A stretch of 63,156 bases of DNA, the filler included, from Olpidium bornovanus S191 (Eukaryota; Fungi; Olpidiomycota): the NCBI GenBank assembly GCA_017911155.1. It is 27 parts of 27 records of this genome, joined end to end, with 100 filler letters (N's around TTAATTAATTAA, not from the genome) between each part and the next. Parts side by side here need not be neighbours in the genome. Positions count along the whole stretch, not along the records: positions 11,631 to 15,223 come from JAEFCI010005311.1; positions 15,324 to 17,581 come from JAEFCI010011934.1; positions 17,682 to 18,725 come from JAEFCI010010789.1; positions 18,826 to 21,590 come from JAEFCI010003564.1; positions 21,691 to 24,044 come from JAEFCI010013197.1; positions 24,145 to 25,584 come from JAEFCI010007008.1; 21 more parts are not named here. One strand, given 5' to 3'. Under the pieces are notes generated by a model. It was not told the origin of the DNA and ran no database searches. It was given only the letters and a program-made list of their open reading frames with translations. Every line of letters begins with the position of its first letter. Within the stretch, counting starts at the first letter, position 1. Shown here one piece after another: positions 13,030 to 24,745 of this stretch. The translations under genes were made by a program, and so were the position numbers.

Positions 13030-13352
13030 TGTCACTGCCAGAGTGAGAGAGGATCAAGATATATGTGTAAGATCCCGATATATGTGTTCAGGATCCCAAG
13101 ATATATGTGTAAGATCAGGGGTAACCCTGGCGCTATCTCTGAGGGAGCAGAGCTCTGCGATGTGTAGCTAATTATAAAGAAGAGCACCAGTGGGGGTTTT
13201 ACGTACTTCGACCGGTCATGTGCCCATAGGGCATCAAGGTCGATTGGGAAGACAGTACAAGGAGATCGATTTGGGACTTGATTTCGAAGGAAGAAGAGGA
13301 TATCGGGGTTCGAAAGAAAACAAGGACGATCGATGGGGGTCGCTTCACTACA
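13030..13352. mobile_element. 323-bp LTR-like segment (TGTCA...CTACA) with no TSD
   Basis: TG...CA termini fall exactly where copia RT homology ends (13029) and gag homology begins (13353). It has internal repeats of GATATATGTG and a TATAAA. The flanks do not form a TSD. Confidence 0.65.
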
Positions 13353-14320
13353 ATAGGCAGCAACAGTCTTGAAGTCCATGATGCGTAGCGTAAGCCAGTA
13401 ATTCTGTGCACGCGGCAACAGAATCATGCGTTGGTTGTCGAAGCGGCCTCGGAGAGACTTCCACATGGCGGAGGGTGGCATGGGATCCAAGTGGCGACGA
13501 AGGAGGTGAAGAGCGTTGGCTTTCTTGGCGGGAGTCGTGGCCGCGGCAGCAGCGGCAGCGCCCAGAGTGGCTTCCACGGCGACGGCTTCAATGAGTCGGC
13601 GGCAGAGAGGGAGGTTTCCGCGTCTAGAGCCCACTGCAGGTAGTTGGACCCATCCACAGCAAAAAGGACAAATTCCACGGCAGCCAGTCGGAGCGTGGTA
13701 GTGGTCAAGGCTGGTGGTCGTCGTTGGGCTCGTTGGGCTCGGCGAGCGTGTTGGAGAGGCGACGACGGCGGAAAGGAGAGGCGATGACTGTGCGCGGCGG
13801 GCGGGGCACGACGGCGGAAAGGAGAGGCGATGACTGTGCGCGGCAGGCGGGGCGCGACAGCGGAAGGCGGCAATGGCGGCTACGGCGGGCGGAAGCGCGT
13901 CGGCGGGACGCGACGGCGGAAGCGCCGCCACGGCGGAGGCTATGGAGCGGCGTCGCGCGGCGGGCGGAAGCGCGGCAGAAACGGCGAGACGCGCGGTGTG
14001 CGGCGGCGGCTCGGCAGGGAGGCGCGCGGACAAGCGCGATGGCAAGCGGGCGAGCTTGGCGGCGTGTTTTTTTTGTTGTTGTTGTGGGAAAAATCTAATT
14101 CTACTGTAACATTAGATTTCCTGCGGTGGCGCTAGGGCGGTCGCGAAGCTTCTGCAGCGGGGCAAGAGGAGACCGGATGGCGTCTCGGAGGGCAGTGACG
14201 GCAGGGCGCGGGGGGGGAAGAGGGCAAAGCTCCGGGCGCCGGGCGAAGGCGCGGTTACTGGCAATGGTACTGCGGCGGCGGCGGCGGCGGGAGAGCTTTT
14301 TGGTGCTGATGACGTGTTGG
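13353..14320 (-). mobile_element. 5' part of a Bianca-like Ty1/copia: LTR end (CCAACA, 14320-14315), half-tRNA-Ile-type PBS (14314-14302), GC-rich leader and frameshifted gag (about 13680-13353)
   Basis: Gag reads VEFVLFAVDGSNYLQWALDAET...KANALHLLRRHL...MWKSLRGRFDNQRMILLPRAQNYWLTLRIMDFKTVAAY. PBS CGTCATCAGCAC directly follows CCAACA. Confidence 0.8.
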
Positions 14321-14491
14321 ATTTTACAGTATTGCGTTTTTGTCTGCATTCAGGGGAGACAGAGACGGGCCCGAGCGCGGGGAACTTTTTAACGCCTGCA
14401 ACAAATTCCGACCCAGAAAAAGGGGACAGGGGGGCGGACGGGGAGGGCTTGCCCCTCCCCTCCTTCCCCTCTCCTCGGGCCGAAGAACAAA

Positions 14492-15057
14492 ATGGCAGAC
14501 AAGGACGATGCCGCCGCCGCCGCCGCCGCCACCGCCACCACCACAGTTTGGCGGCTGCCCTTCTCCAAGCTGGTTCACCACCCCACGAGAGACATCCTCT
14601 TCCTCGCGTGCGGCGGCCATCTCCAGTGCTTGGATTCGAGGTATAAGCGAGAAGAAAGAAGCCAGAGAACTTCGCCAGGGCGTCGGTGCGGGAGCACCGT
14701 GGAGGGCTAGCGAGCCCGCGTTGGTCGCCCAGCCTTTTCTATTTTTTTTATTTTTATTCTTTTGTTATTTTTTTTCCGGCTTTTCGCGTCCGGAAAAACA
14801 ACGGGACTAAGCGAAATAGTCGCTCTTTTTCGCCGTGTCGAATTCAGATCTGGCGCACTCCTCGCGAGCACAATTGATACGACGAAGAACGGGCTCGTCT
14901 GCCGGACGACCGCCGGTCCGAACCCGGACACGCCTCACACCGGAATCATACGCACGCTGGCGATTTCGAACGACGGGCGGCGACTGGTGTCGAGCGGGGA
15001 GGACAAGCTGCTGAAAGTGTGGAGTACAGAGCGTGAACTCGAATGCCTAAGTTCCCG
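14492..15057 (+). CDS. TRM82: WD40 tRNA m7G46 methyltransferase subunit Trm82/WDR4-like, first exons (14492-14640, 14848-15057)
   Basis: WRLPFSKLVHHP...IIRTLAISNDGRRLVSSGEDKLLKVWS is a typical Trm82 N-terminal WD region. GT-AG intron. The 3' part was not found. Confidence 0.68.
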
Positions 15058-15563
15058 GTGAGGACGTACGGCGAGCAAAAAAAAAAAAAAAAAAAAAAAA
15101 ATCCGCGTCGGCGGCGCTCAATTTAGGGCCATAGCGTAAAAGGGCGTATTTTCCTGTTCGGCGCCAGGCCGGCGCTCTGAGCCTTCGGGCGATGATGACG
15201 ACGGGGCTGCCAGTGAGGCGGAGNNNNNNNNNNNNNNNNNNNNNNNNNNNNNNNNNNNNNNNNNNNNTTAATTAATTAANNNNNNNNNNNNNNNNNNNNN
15301 NNNNNNNNNNNNNNNNNNNNNNNCCCAGCACATGCGCGGGTGCAACCTCGGCTCCGTCTCCCGAAACCAAACAAGCCGGCGGACGTGAAAATTGCCTATT
15401 TCAAGTTTTCCGAGCGAGTGGGGGCTTCCACATCTTCCCCTCGCCTCCCCGCCCTCCAAATGGTGCGGTTCAGAAAAAACCGCATTAACGGCAATCTCCC
15501 TGTTTGTTGAAGTCATTACCATATATAAGAACTTTGGCCTGGTAGCCGTCATCTGTTAGCGGA

Positions 15564-15634
15564 GCACACGTGGTTTAGTGGTATAATTCTCGCCTGCCAC
15601 GCGGGAGCCCCGAGTTCGATTCTCGGCGTGTGCA
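15564..15634 (+). tRNA. tRNA-Gly(GCC), 71 nt, no intron
   Basis: GCACACG/CGTGTGC acceptor stem, anticodon loop CTGCCAC, GTTCGATTC T-loop, discriminator A and a downstream TTTT. Confidence 0.96.
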
Positions 15635-16086
15635 GAAATGCATTTTCTTACTTGTAAAAGGTTTTTTTGCAACTTCGTTGAGCAGCCGATTCTTCGAATC
15701 TTCGGGGATCTTCTGGCTATCGGCAGGCAGGGTTTGGGATTGCGGCTTCTGCAGAGACGTACAGTAGTAATTCTGTATGTCGAGTTTGGCGTCCCCCGCT
15801 AAACACAATAGTCCTGCATTGCGCGGACAGCCTTTGACCCTTCCGCAGCTTCCTGGAGTTGCACGCACGCCTTTTCCGCGCGAGCCGCCCACGCCCCGGG
15901 CCTGTTGAATTTCGCTAGGGAATTCAAGCTCCGAGAGTTTGAGGAATGCCAAACTCTGCCCAAAGCGCACACGCGCACAACGTGCGCGCTCGCGCAACAG
16001 GCCACTGCCATGGCGGCGAAAACCGGAAGTTGCGTCGCCGACCAAAAACACCTCAAAAGAGCAAAGCGGCTTTATTCACCCCCGCC

Positions 16087-17581
16087 GCAGGAGACGGGAT
16101 CCGCAGGAGACGGGATCCGCAGGGTGCGTCTGCATCTCGGGGGCTTGCCTGCGCACGCCGCAGGGTCTACTTCTCTCACATCCCGGTGAAAACGCGGCTA
16201 GGATATTGGCGAAAAGGGGAAATACTTCCCAACACCTTGGCAATTTTTGGCCCCTTAGGGATAGCACCGGCACATCTTCCAAATCTGCCTTCCAAATCTG
16301 CCTTCTGCGTCCGGCTGCCGTATCCCGCCGCGGGATCCGCCAATTCCCTTGCCGAATCTTTCCTTCCAGACCTGCTTTCGGAATTTTCCGTCCGAACCTG
16401 TTTTCCGGGGCTTCCGTCCGGACCTGCTTTTCCAAATCTGCCTTCCGAATCTGACGGGGATTCTGACGGGGGCTGTCATTTTTTTCGAAGAAACCTATAA
16501 GGAGCCTTTGCGCAAATGAGATGCCGGCTACAATAAAAAGCAAAGGATAAACCCGGGCCTGTTTACCTCTCCTCTGCAAAGCACATTGCTTCGAACGCGT
16601 TCCGCGCGCGCACGTGGTATTTCCAGGCCACGACTCGTTATTCGGACGATCATTCCCCGAGCCAACACGCACAAATCGGTTCGCCGGCATCACGCGCTGC
16701 AGAAAAGCGTTCAATTGGTCTCTCTCACACACATTCCGTCAAACCCTTTTGTCGCGTGATGAATGCCGGCGGCGTTTTCCCTTCGTGAACAGGGAAGTTC
16801 TTCCGCACCGGCCTGTCACAGTTTGCGACAGCCGCAGCCACAATGGGGGCTGCGTATATTCAGGCCGTCACAGACCGCGGCGCCTGATTTGCCCAATCTC
16901 TGATCACCGACCACCCCGATCTCGCCGATTCCCGATTCGCCGATCGATTCTTCTTCCCGATTCGCCGATTGCCGACCTCGCCGATGCCTGACCGACAGTT
17001 CCGACGCCTTTATTTAACACGCAGATTTCGATGCGGATTCTCAATCAGATTCAGGCCGCAGACCCAGGCTCAGAGTCCGACGCAGATTCGGCTGCGGATT
17101 CCGCTGCTCCTTCCAACACAGATTTCAACGCAAAATTCGGGAGCAGATTTCCAACTCAGATTTCTGACGCAGTTTCTGGTGCAGATTCAAAAACCGGTAC
17201 CGACGCAGCGTCAGATGCAGATTCAGATGCAGATTTAGGTTCAAACGCGCTGTAACCCGAAATCCTGAACGCCCTGAACATCCCAAACACCCGAACACCC
17301 TGAACTCCCCGAACACCAGAACACCCCGAACACCCGGAACATCCCGAACACACAGAATACCTCAAACACCCCGAACACCCCAAGCACCCAAAACACCCCA
17401 AACTCCCCGAATTCTCCGAGCCCCGGAAATTGGAATGGCTCGAAATATCTGAATGCCTGAAATCCCTGAATTTTTCAAGTGACACAAACGCACAGAACTC
17501 CGGAATTCCCTAAACGCCCCCTACGCCCCGAACGCATCAAACAGCCCAAATACCCTAAACGCCCCAAAGTTCTCGGATATC
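16087..17581. repeat. Modular degenerate tandem-repeat region: 16-bp duplication, AATCTG array, CCGAT array, GCAGATTC array and 9-bp CCCGAACAC array
   Basis: Blocks are visible at about 16087-16123, 16275-16470, 16900-16995, 17020-17240 and 17255-17581. Confidence 0.85.
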
Positions 17582-18865
17582 NNNNNNNNNNNNNNNNNNN
17601 NNNNNNNNNNNNNNNNNNNNNNNNNTTAATTAATTAANNNNNNNNNNNNNNNNNNNNNNNNNNNNNNNNNNNNNNNNNNNNCATGCGTCGATCGGAATGA
17701 AACCATCGTCCAAGACGAGAGACAAGAGACAACCACAGTTGATGTCCTTGCAAAGCGGCAGGACAAGAAAAGTCAAGCACGAAAGAAGCGTTCCGCGGTG
17801 CCCAGCCGTGGCCGAGTTAGCGAGGACGAGAGCTGGTGTAAATATCTTATTTCACTAATGTAGAATGTACTGCACCACCTTTAGTTGGTTACTGCACACG
17901 GCAATTACGTCGTATCTTGCCCAATAGTAAGCTCAATTTGTATTCTGCACCCCTTTTTTGTTCTTTTTTCCAAATTTTGACTCTTTCTCTTTCATATGCG
18001 TCGCCAATTCTGCACTCGTTTCCGAGCAAAGATTTACGGGAGTCTGGTGGTAATCCGTCGGGTTACTTTTCACCAACTCACAACAACCAATTACAGCATA
18101 TAGCTGGCCCCAGGGCGCGGAACTGCATCGGTCGGTTACGGAAGCTGCAGAGAGTTCCGACGTCGGCGGTTACGCGTATATTAATTTGTCGTGACCGCGC
18201 GGCTCGATGAAGCTGAAGCCGCGGCCGAGGCAACAGCGCTCTCGCCCCTTTGAAATCTGCCGGCAACAAAAAAACTATGCGAGGCGGTTGTCGACGCCGA
18301 TGAGATCACCTCGGCGTTATCTTGCGGCGCGTCTATTTTCGCCTTTCCGCCGGCCTCTCGCGGTAAGATGTAGACATCGCCCGAGATCCCGGTCGGCCCC
18401 CTCTTGATCCCACCCCCTCCCCTCCCTCCGCCAATCGTTTTCTGAAATGTGCCCTGAAACCGAAATTTTGGTCGCGGCTACGCCGAGCTACAAACCCGAG
18501 GGCAGTCCACCGCTGGATCCACGACCCTGGATGCGCGCAGTGCGTGTGTCCGCTGTGACAACCCTGCTGTTCAGACCGAAAATGAAAACACGCGTGGTCC
18601 GTTCAGACGACGAAAACTTTATCGAATGTTGTCGGAAAAGCAACAGCAAAACTGTCCATCGACGCCGACTGGATAGCGGAGAGGGGCACGCCCCTCCCCC
18701 CCCCCCCCCCCCCCCCCCGGGAATGNNNNNNNNNNNNNNNNNNNNNNNNNNNNNNNNNNNNNNNNNNNNTTAATTAATTAANNNNNNNNNNNNNNNNNNN
18801 NNNNNNNNNNNNNNNNNNNNNNNNNACGCCCCCCCCCCCCCCCCTTTTTTTTTTTTTTTTTTTTT

Positions 18866-18957
<92 letters not shown>

Positions 18958-19217
18958 CCTTTTCCCGGTCCCCCCCTCCCGCCCGCATCCCGGCCATTTT
19001 TTTTTTTTTTTTCCTTTTCTCCCTTTCCCTCCATTGGCAACAAACACAACGCGCGCTCGGCTCCGCCCGCCCGCCGCCTTCGCTCGTCTCCTCTCCCCTT
19101 CTTCCCCTCCGTCCCCGCCTTTCCGCTGTGCCGCCGCCGCTACCGCCGCCGCCTGCCGCCCGCCGCCGCCGCCCGCCGCCGCCGCCGCCCGCCGCCCTCG
19201 TTCGTGCCCGTCGCCCC

Positions 19218-21590
19218 ATGCTGACGCGTCGGGCGTCAGCCGCCTGCACCGAGAGCTCAGATGCCGGGAAGAGGCCGCCCTCCTCGGCGAAGAAGAAGAG
19301 CACTGCAAGCGCAGGGTCCGGGAAGGCGAAGGCCTCCGCTGCAAAACCGAAGCCAAAGGAAGAGAAACTGTACTGCCTCTGCCACCGCCCGGACGACCAT
19401 GATTTCATGATTCAGTGCGACCGCTGCAAGGACTGGTGAGTAGTCGTTCATCTGCACGCGCGAAAGGCCCCCAATCGCCCAGCCTTCCTTTCCTCTCCTC
19501 TCTTCCCCACTTCTTCTTGCCCCTTCCCCCGCCCCCGCCCTGCTCTTCGTGATGGGGAAAATTGGACGCTGGGTAGGGGCGGTCGCCGGGCAGGAATTAG
19601 GGGGGGAGGGGGGGAAGGGGGGGAGAACGGGCGCTGCGTGATTGGCCTCCACTTGATGTGCTGCAGCCTGCGCTCCGCGCTTCGCTATCTGGCTGGACCC
19701 CTTAACACGCAACCCATACGTCGCCGTCATCGGCGCGGGCCGTCGGTGCTGCTCGCCGCAAACCTCCTAATCGAACGGCACACCGCTATCCTCAGGTTTC
19801 ACGGAGGATGCGTAAACGTAACGAAAGAGATAGGAGAACAGCTGGATGAGTACATGTGTCCCGTCTGCGAAGAGCAGACGAAGGACCAGGTGCTTCGCAG
19901 GAGCGGTGAGTCAGTGCCGCTCTCCGTTTCACGCCTCGTATGGCGACATGGTTTCGTTCAGACCGTTTATTTTTGTCGCCTCGTTATTTTAGGGCGAAAC
20001 GCAAGGATCACGTTGGAAACGCTTCGGCTTCGCGAGCTCAGCCTGCCGCCCGCCCAGGCGCCGCCTGTTGAGCGAAACGAAAGCGCATCGGTCGAACCGG
20101 GGGAAGAAACAGCCCAGTTTGAACGCGCAGGCCATTCTGTGACCGATAGCCCACCGTGGGAAGTCGCGGCCGCGACGCGAAACGGCGAAACGGAGGTACT
20201 TGAGCCGAGTCCGACCACGTCCGCCCAGAAAGTCAACGCCGACGAACCTACGCAGTCTGAATGCTCAGAACGGGTGCGTATTCTTTGTTGTTTGTTGTGG
20301 CAGCGAGAGCGCCTGCTCACCGCTGGACGACTTTCCCTCAGGAACGCTTGGTCAAGCCGATAGATAAACTCTGCCTGTTTCCCGGATGTGGAAAGCCCGC
20401 CCGCCCTGCTGATAACTACTGTAGTGATATCTGCACAATAGCGGATGCAGACAACTTGTTGGCAAGGGTAACTGCCAGACGGGTGGATGCTGAGCGTTCA
20501 CTCGAAGGGAGCGTTAAACGGCCAGGAGGCCCTCCTCCTCTTGATGTAGCCGAGCTTGCGGCCGCCGCCGCTGGTTCAGAGGACGTAAGCCCCTCTGAGC
20601 CTGCTTCGGCTACCGATGCGGGGCCGCCTTCTGAGGCTGACGGGGCGACTTCGGAACCTAAACTCGACAGCGCAGAGGAGACGGAAGTCAAGGAGAAGCA
20701 TTTGAAAGAGGAGGTTTCCAGCGAGGTCGAGGAGGACACCGCGGCTGTATCATCAAATTCCCTCCGGCTAGCTGTTCGGCGGGAGTTGAGGAAGATATTC
20801 GAAACCGTGTTGAAAGTCTCGGAGGAAAAGGGTACCCTTCGCGATGAAATCACCGGGGGTATGCCTATTGATCAGCTTTCGGTCAAATGGGCGGGTAGTT
20901 GCGAACGTGCCATGTTGAAGCATTGGTCAGAAAGAATGTCTACTGCATCGTCGGCTAGCTGCAAGGAGGCAACTGGGGAGCGGTACAAGGCACGCTTTCG
21001 TACTATTCGTTTCAACCTCAGAGATCCCAAAAACGATCGACTGCGCACACGGCTGGTAACTGGTTGCATCCTTCCTCGGGACCTCGCCATCCTCACGGCG
21101 GACGACATGGCATCCGACGCTCTACTGGAGGAGGCGGAGGAGCTTCGAAAGCAGAGCATTGAGCGGCGTCTGATTGTCAATGATGCCACGCCCGAATTGA
21201 TGAGCGGTAAGATGGTCAAGATGACGCACAAAGGTTGGGTAGAGATCGAGCGGGAGGAAAACGTCGGTTCAGGTTTTCCGCCAAGCCTCTCGCCGACCGT
21301 CGCCGAGTCGCCGTCTTTATCTATCCAGAAACCCTCGTCGCCGTTCGCCACCAGTACGCCCGGCAGCCCGCTGACGTTGAAGAGAAAGGAAAGCGCCGCC
21401 GGGCCAGAAACCTCAGCCGCCGCGACGTCCGCGGCGGATCTCGCGTCGCCTACTCGCAAAAGGCTACGCGTGGACGTCTTGCCGCCTTCGCAAACCATCG
21501 ACGAGAACAGCATGCTGCCCACATCCACCGAGGGCCCTCGAAAACAGCCCTCTTCGACGACGACCACGCCAACGTACCAGAAGCCGCATG
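19218..21590 (+). CDS. PHD plus TFIIS-central-domain protein (BYE1/PHF3/DIDO1 family); exons 19218-19435, 19796-19905, 19993-20273, 20342->21590; 3' truncated
   Basis: LYCLCHRPDDHDFMIQCDRCKDW|FHGGCV...YMCPVC is a PHD finger. YKARFRTIRFNLRDPKNDRLRTRLVTG...LTADDMASDAL is the TFIIS-M domain. Confidence 0.9.
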
Positions 21591-22465
21591 NNNNNNNNNN
21601 NNNNNNNNNNNNNNNNNNNNNNNNNNNNNNNNNNTTAATTAATTAANNNNNNNNNNNNNNNNNNNNNNNNNNNNNNNNNNNNNNNNNNNNCATGAGGGGA
21701 GAGATGGGAACGAGACTGAGGAACGTGGAATTGAACTTGGGCGTGCCGTATCTCAAAGGCCTGTATGCGTTCAACGGCGTTCAGCGGAGAATCTTGGGGG
21801 TGAGTCTCCGCGCCCGGTCACCATTCCACCAGCCTTCTGTATTCGCGGTCGCACCTCCGACCCTCCCCGCTCTCCTGCCCTTGCTGATGGACTCCGCTCC
21901 GGCATCCTCTAGGCGTCGTACAAACCGCCGCCCCACGTCATCGGCTCTGCCGAGAGCTGAGATTTCCCCGGCGACGGCGGACATTCGCTCCCCCGGGGTC
22001 GCCGTTGCAGCGGCCTTCTCGCAGGTAGTGAAGGTTACGAAGCGGTCACGGCGGTCGAAGATTTTTTGCGCGTCTGCCTGGCGCTGTCCAGTTTCGGTCA
22101 CCTTTTTTTCCGTCAGATTCTGCACCGCGCGCCTGCAAGTTTCGGCATTTTCTCTTATTTTTTTTTTTTTCTTTTCATGCGCCGTTTGCCGCACACCCCT
22201 GTTGTTTCAGGCACGTTCCTTACGCCGGGCGTTTGGAATTTAGCTGAGAGGGGGAGGTCGTCGCGGAGAAGCAAGGGGAGGAGGGGGGGGGGATTAGGAA
22301 AGAACGGGGGACCGTTGGCGGGTAGTATAAACCTGCCCCCCAAGAGAAAAACGCGCCGTCTTTTTTTTTTTTTTTTTTTTTCCCAGGTTTTTTTTTTGTC
22401 CTTCCTGTCTGTCCCTCCCGCCTGCCCCCCGTCCTTCCAGGGCCCCCGCGCGTTGCATAGAAAGG

Positions 22466-22500
<35 letters not shown>

Positions 22501-22565
22501 AAAAAAACCCCCCCAACCAACCTCGACCGGCCCCCACCGAAGGGGGAAGCCGCGACAGATACCCC

Positions 22566-23697
22566 ATGGCGTCGAAGAAGGCTGGCGACCCCGCGGCGAA
22601 GGCGGCGAAGCCCGCCCAGGGCAAGGGAGAGAAGGCCGATGCGGAGATGAAAGACACGCCCTCCGCCGCAACGGGCGACGGGAAGAAGGAGACGGCGCCC
22701 GAGGAGGACAAAGGTGCTGCTGGGGCGCTCGAGGAGGACGACGAGTTCGAGGAATTTGTTGCCGAAGGTGGGTGTAGAAGAAGAGGGGAGAGAGCGTGGT
22801 GTTGGGACAGGCAAGCGGCAGTGGTGGTGATTGTGGGGGGGGGACGGGGAGGCAAGCGGCAGTGGTGGTGATTGTGGGGGGGGGGACGGGGACGGGCTGG
22901 CGGAGTTAGCGCGGGGAAGGAGGGGTGAAGGCCCGGCGCCCGGGTTGGGCTTCGAAGCAACTGGTTACGAGGGCGGAAGAGGCGCGACTCGCGACGCGCC
23001 CAAAAACTCGCCCCACGAGCGGCGGAGATTCGCCGGGAAACGAGCAGGGCAGCAGACGTCGCAGCCGCGGAGAAATCGCAAGGGCTGGTCGCGTGGCTTT
23101 TGGAAGCGGGGCGGCCGCTGTCGCCGTTTCCCTGAAAAGCACACGGAGCAGTGCGCGATCGACAGCGGCGATCCCAAACGTACGCTTTGGGGCGCGGTGG
23201 CGGAAAGAAATAAAAGGGCGCTCTGGCCCCAAGGTTATACATTCGTCGAACCCTCCAGGGCCGCACGCGGCCCACGATATTCCGGCAAAATGCGCTTCTG
23301 ACACTTTTTCGATCTTTCTTGTTGGTACCCACCGCCAACTCGGGACGAACCACTTTTGTTTTTCCAAGAATGGAACGACGACGACGAAGCCAGGGACCAG
23401 AATCTGTGGGAGGACAACTGGGATGACGACGACGTCGAGGACGATTTCTCAAAGCAACTCCGGTACGACGGTCTCGAAACCCCCCCTCCCGAGGAATTCT
23501 AAATCCTTGCGTTGCTTTTCTGTACCGCGCGCGTCACATGCCGTCTGTCGCAGGCGAAGGCCCGCTCCAGCGTACGCGCCTCACACAGGATTCCGCGTTT
23601 CCTGCTCCGCCCTCATTTCGCTACACGTACGTGCTGAAACCTGCCGCCTTTCCATTTTAGCGCGGAGCTCGAGCGGGCTCACCCAATGAAGATGTAG
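22566..23697 (+). CDS. SEM1: Proteasome lid/TREX-2 subunit Sem1/DSS1 (exons 22566-22767, 23369-23462, 23661-23697)
   Basis: [13 protein letters not shown]|EW...[20 protein letters not shown]|AELE signature. Splice phases are consistent. Confidence 0.93.
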
Positions 23698-24169
23698 CGG
23701 GCGCGAGAAGTGAAAAGAGAAATGCCTCGTTTCTGCCGAAGTCGTTATGCAGCCTCTGCCTCACACGGAACAAGGGAGGGGCGCGCCGCGGTTCTTGCGC
23801 TGCACCGAACCGAGGCGGAAGTCTTATTTGCTAGGCTTCCGGTTTAGAGATGGCCGGTTTTCTGAGTGGGAGGGTGCGCGGCAGACTCGAACCTGAAGGA
23901 ACACCAGCGACTCGAAATTTGGCCGTTGAGGAGGACGAATGAATGTGGGAATCGTGGACATCTTTTTCACCCTCCGGCCCCCGCGCGCCCCCGCACTCCG
24001 GTCGGCCTTTTGACGAAATGGGAACGCCACGCCACGGCTCCATGNNNNNNNNNNNNNNNNNNNNNNNNNNNNNNNNNNNNNNNNNNNNTTAATTAATTAA
24101 NNNNNNNNNNNNNNNNNNNNNNNNNNNNNNNNNNNNNNNNNNNNCTCTCTCCTGCCGCATCCCTCCCGT

Positions 24170-24325
<156 letters not shown>

Positions 24326-24479
24326 CTCTTTTTCCCAGTGGGATCGCGAGAGCCGATCGAACACCGTTTTAACCCGTTTTCTCTTTTTTTGTTTTCTTTT
24401 TCTTTTATTTTATTTTGATTTCTTCTTTTTTTTTTCCTTTTTTTTCCTCCGTTTCTTTTTTCTTTTTTTGTCTTCCCAG

Positions 24480-24745
24480 GGCTCGAGTACCGGGCGGCCA
24501 AACGCAGCGAGGAAATGTGCCACCCGAAGCACGTCTGCGAACCGATGGGGTTCGGGCTGGTGGACCACGTGCTCGTCACGCCGGGGGTGAACGACGTGCA
24601 GAACAACAGGGTGGAGCTGTACGCCACGTACGAGGACTGCCTGGACCGCAAGAACATCCTGGCGGTGGTGCCGCCCCGGGTCGTGACCAACGTCAAGTTC
24701 CGCAGCAGGCCCATCGTCGTCGGCGCGCTCCGCATCTGCACTTAG
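24480..24745 (+). CDS. Terminal coding exon of an unidentified protein
   Basis: Long pyrimidine tract plus CAG acceptor, then [35 protein letters not shown]...[14 protein letters not shown]. Very strong GC3 bias. Family not recognised. Confidence 0.7.

Noticed and set aside
17031-17485. ORFs with ADS/DAD or GCSGC repeats (adhesin- or metallothionein-like)
   Set aside because: They are translations of nucleotide-level 8-9-bp repeats that also occur inverted nearby and on another contig, with no splice or codon evidence.
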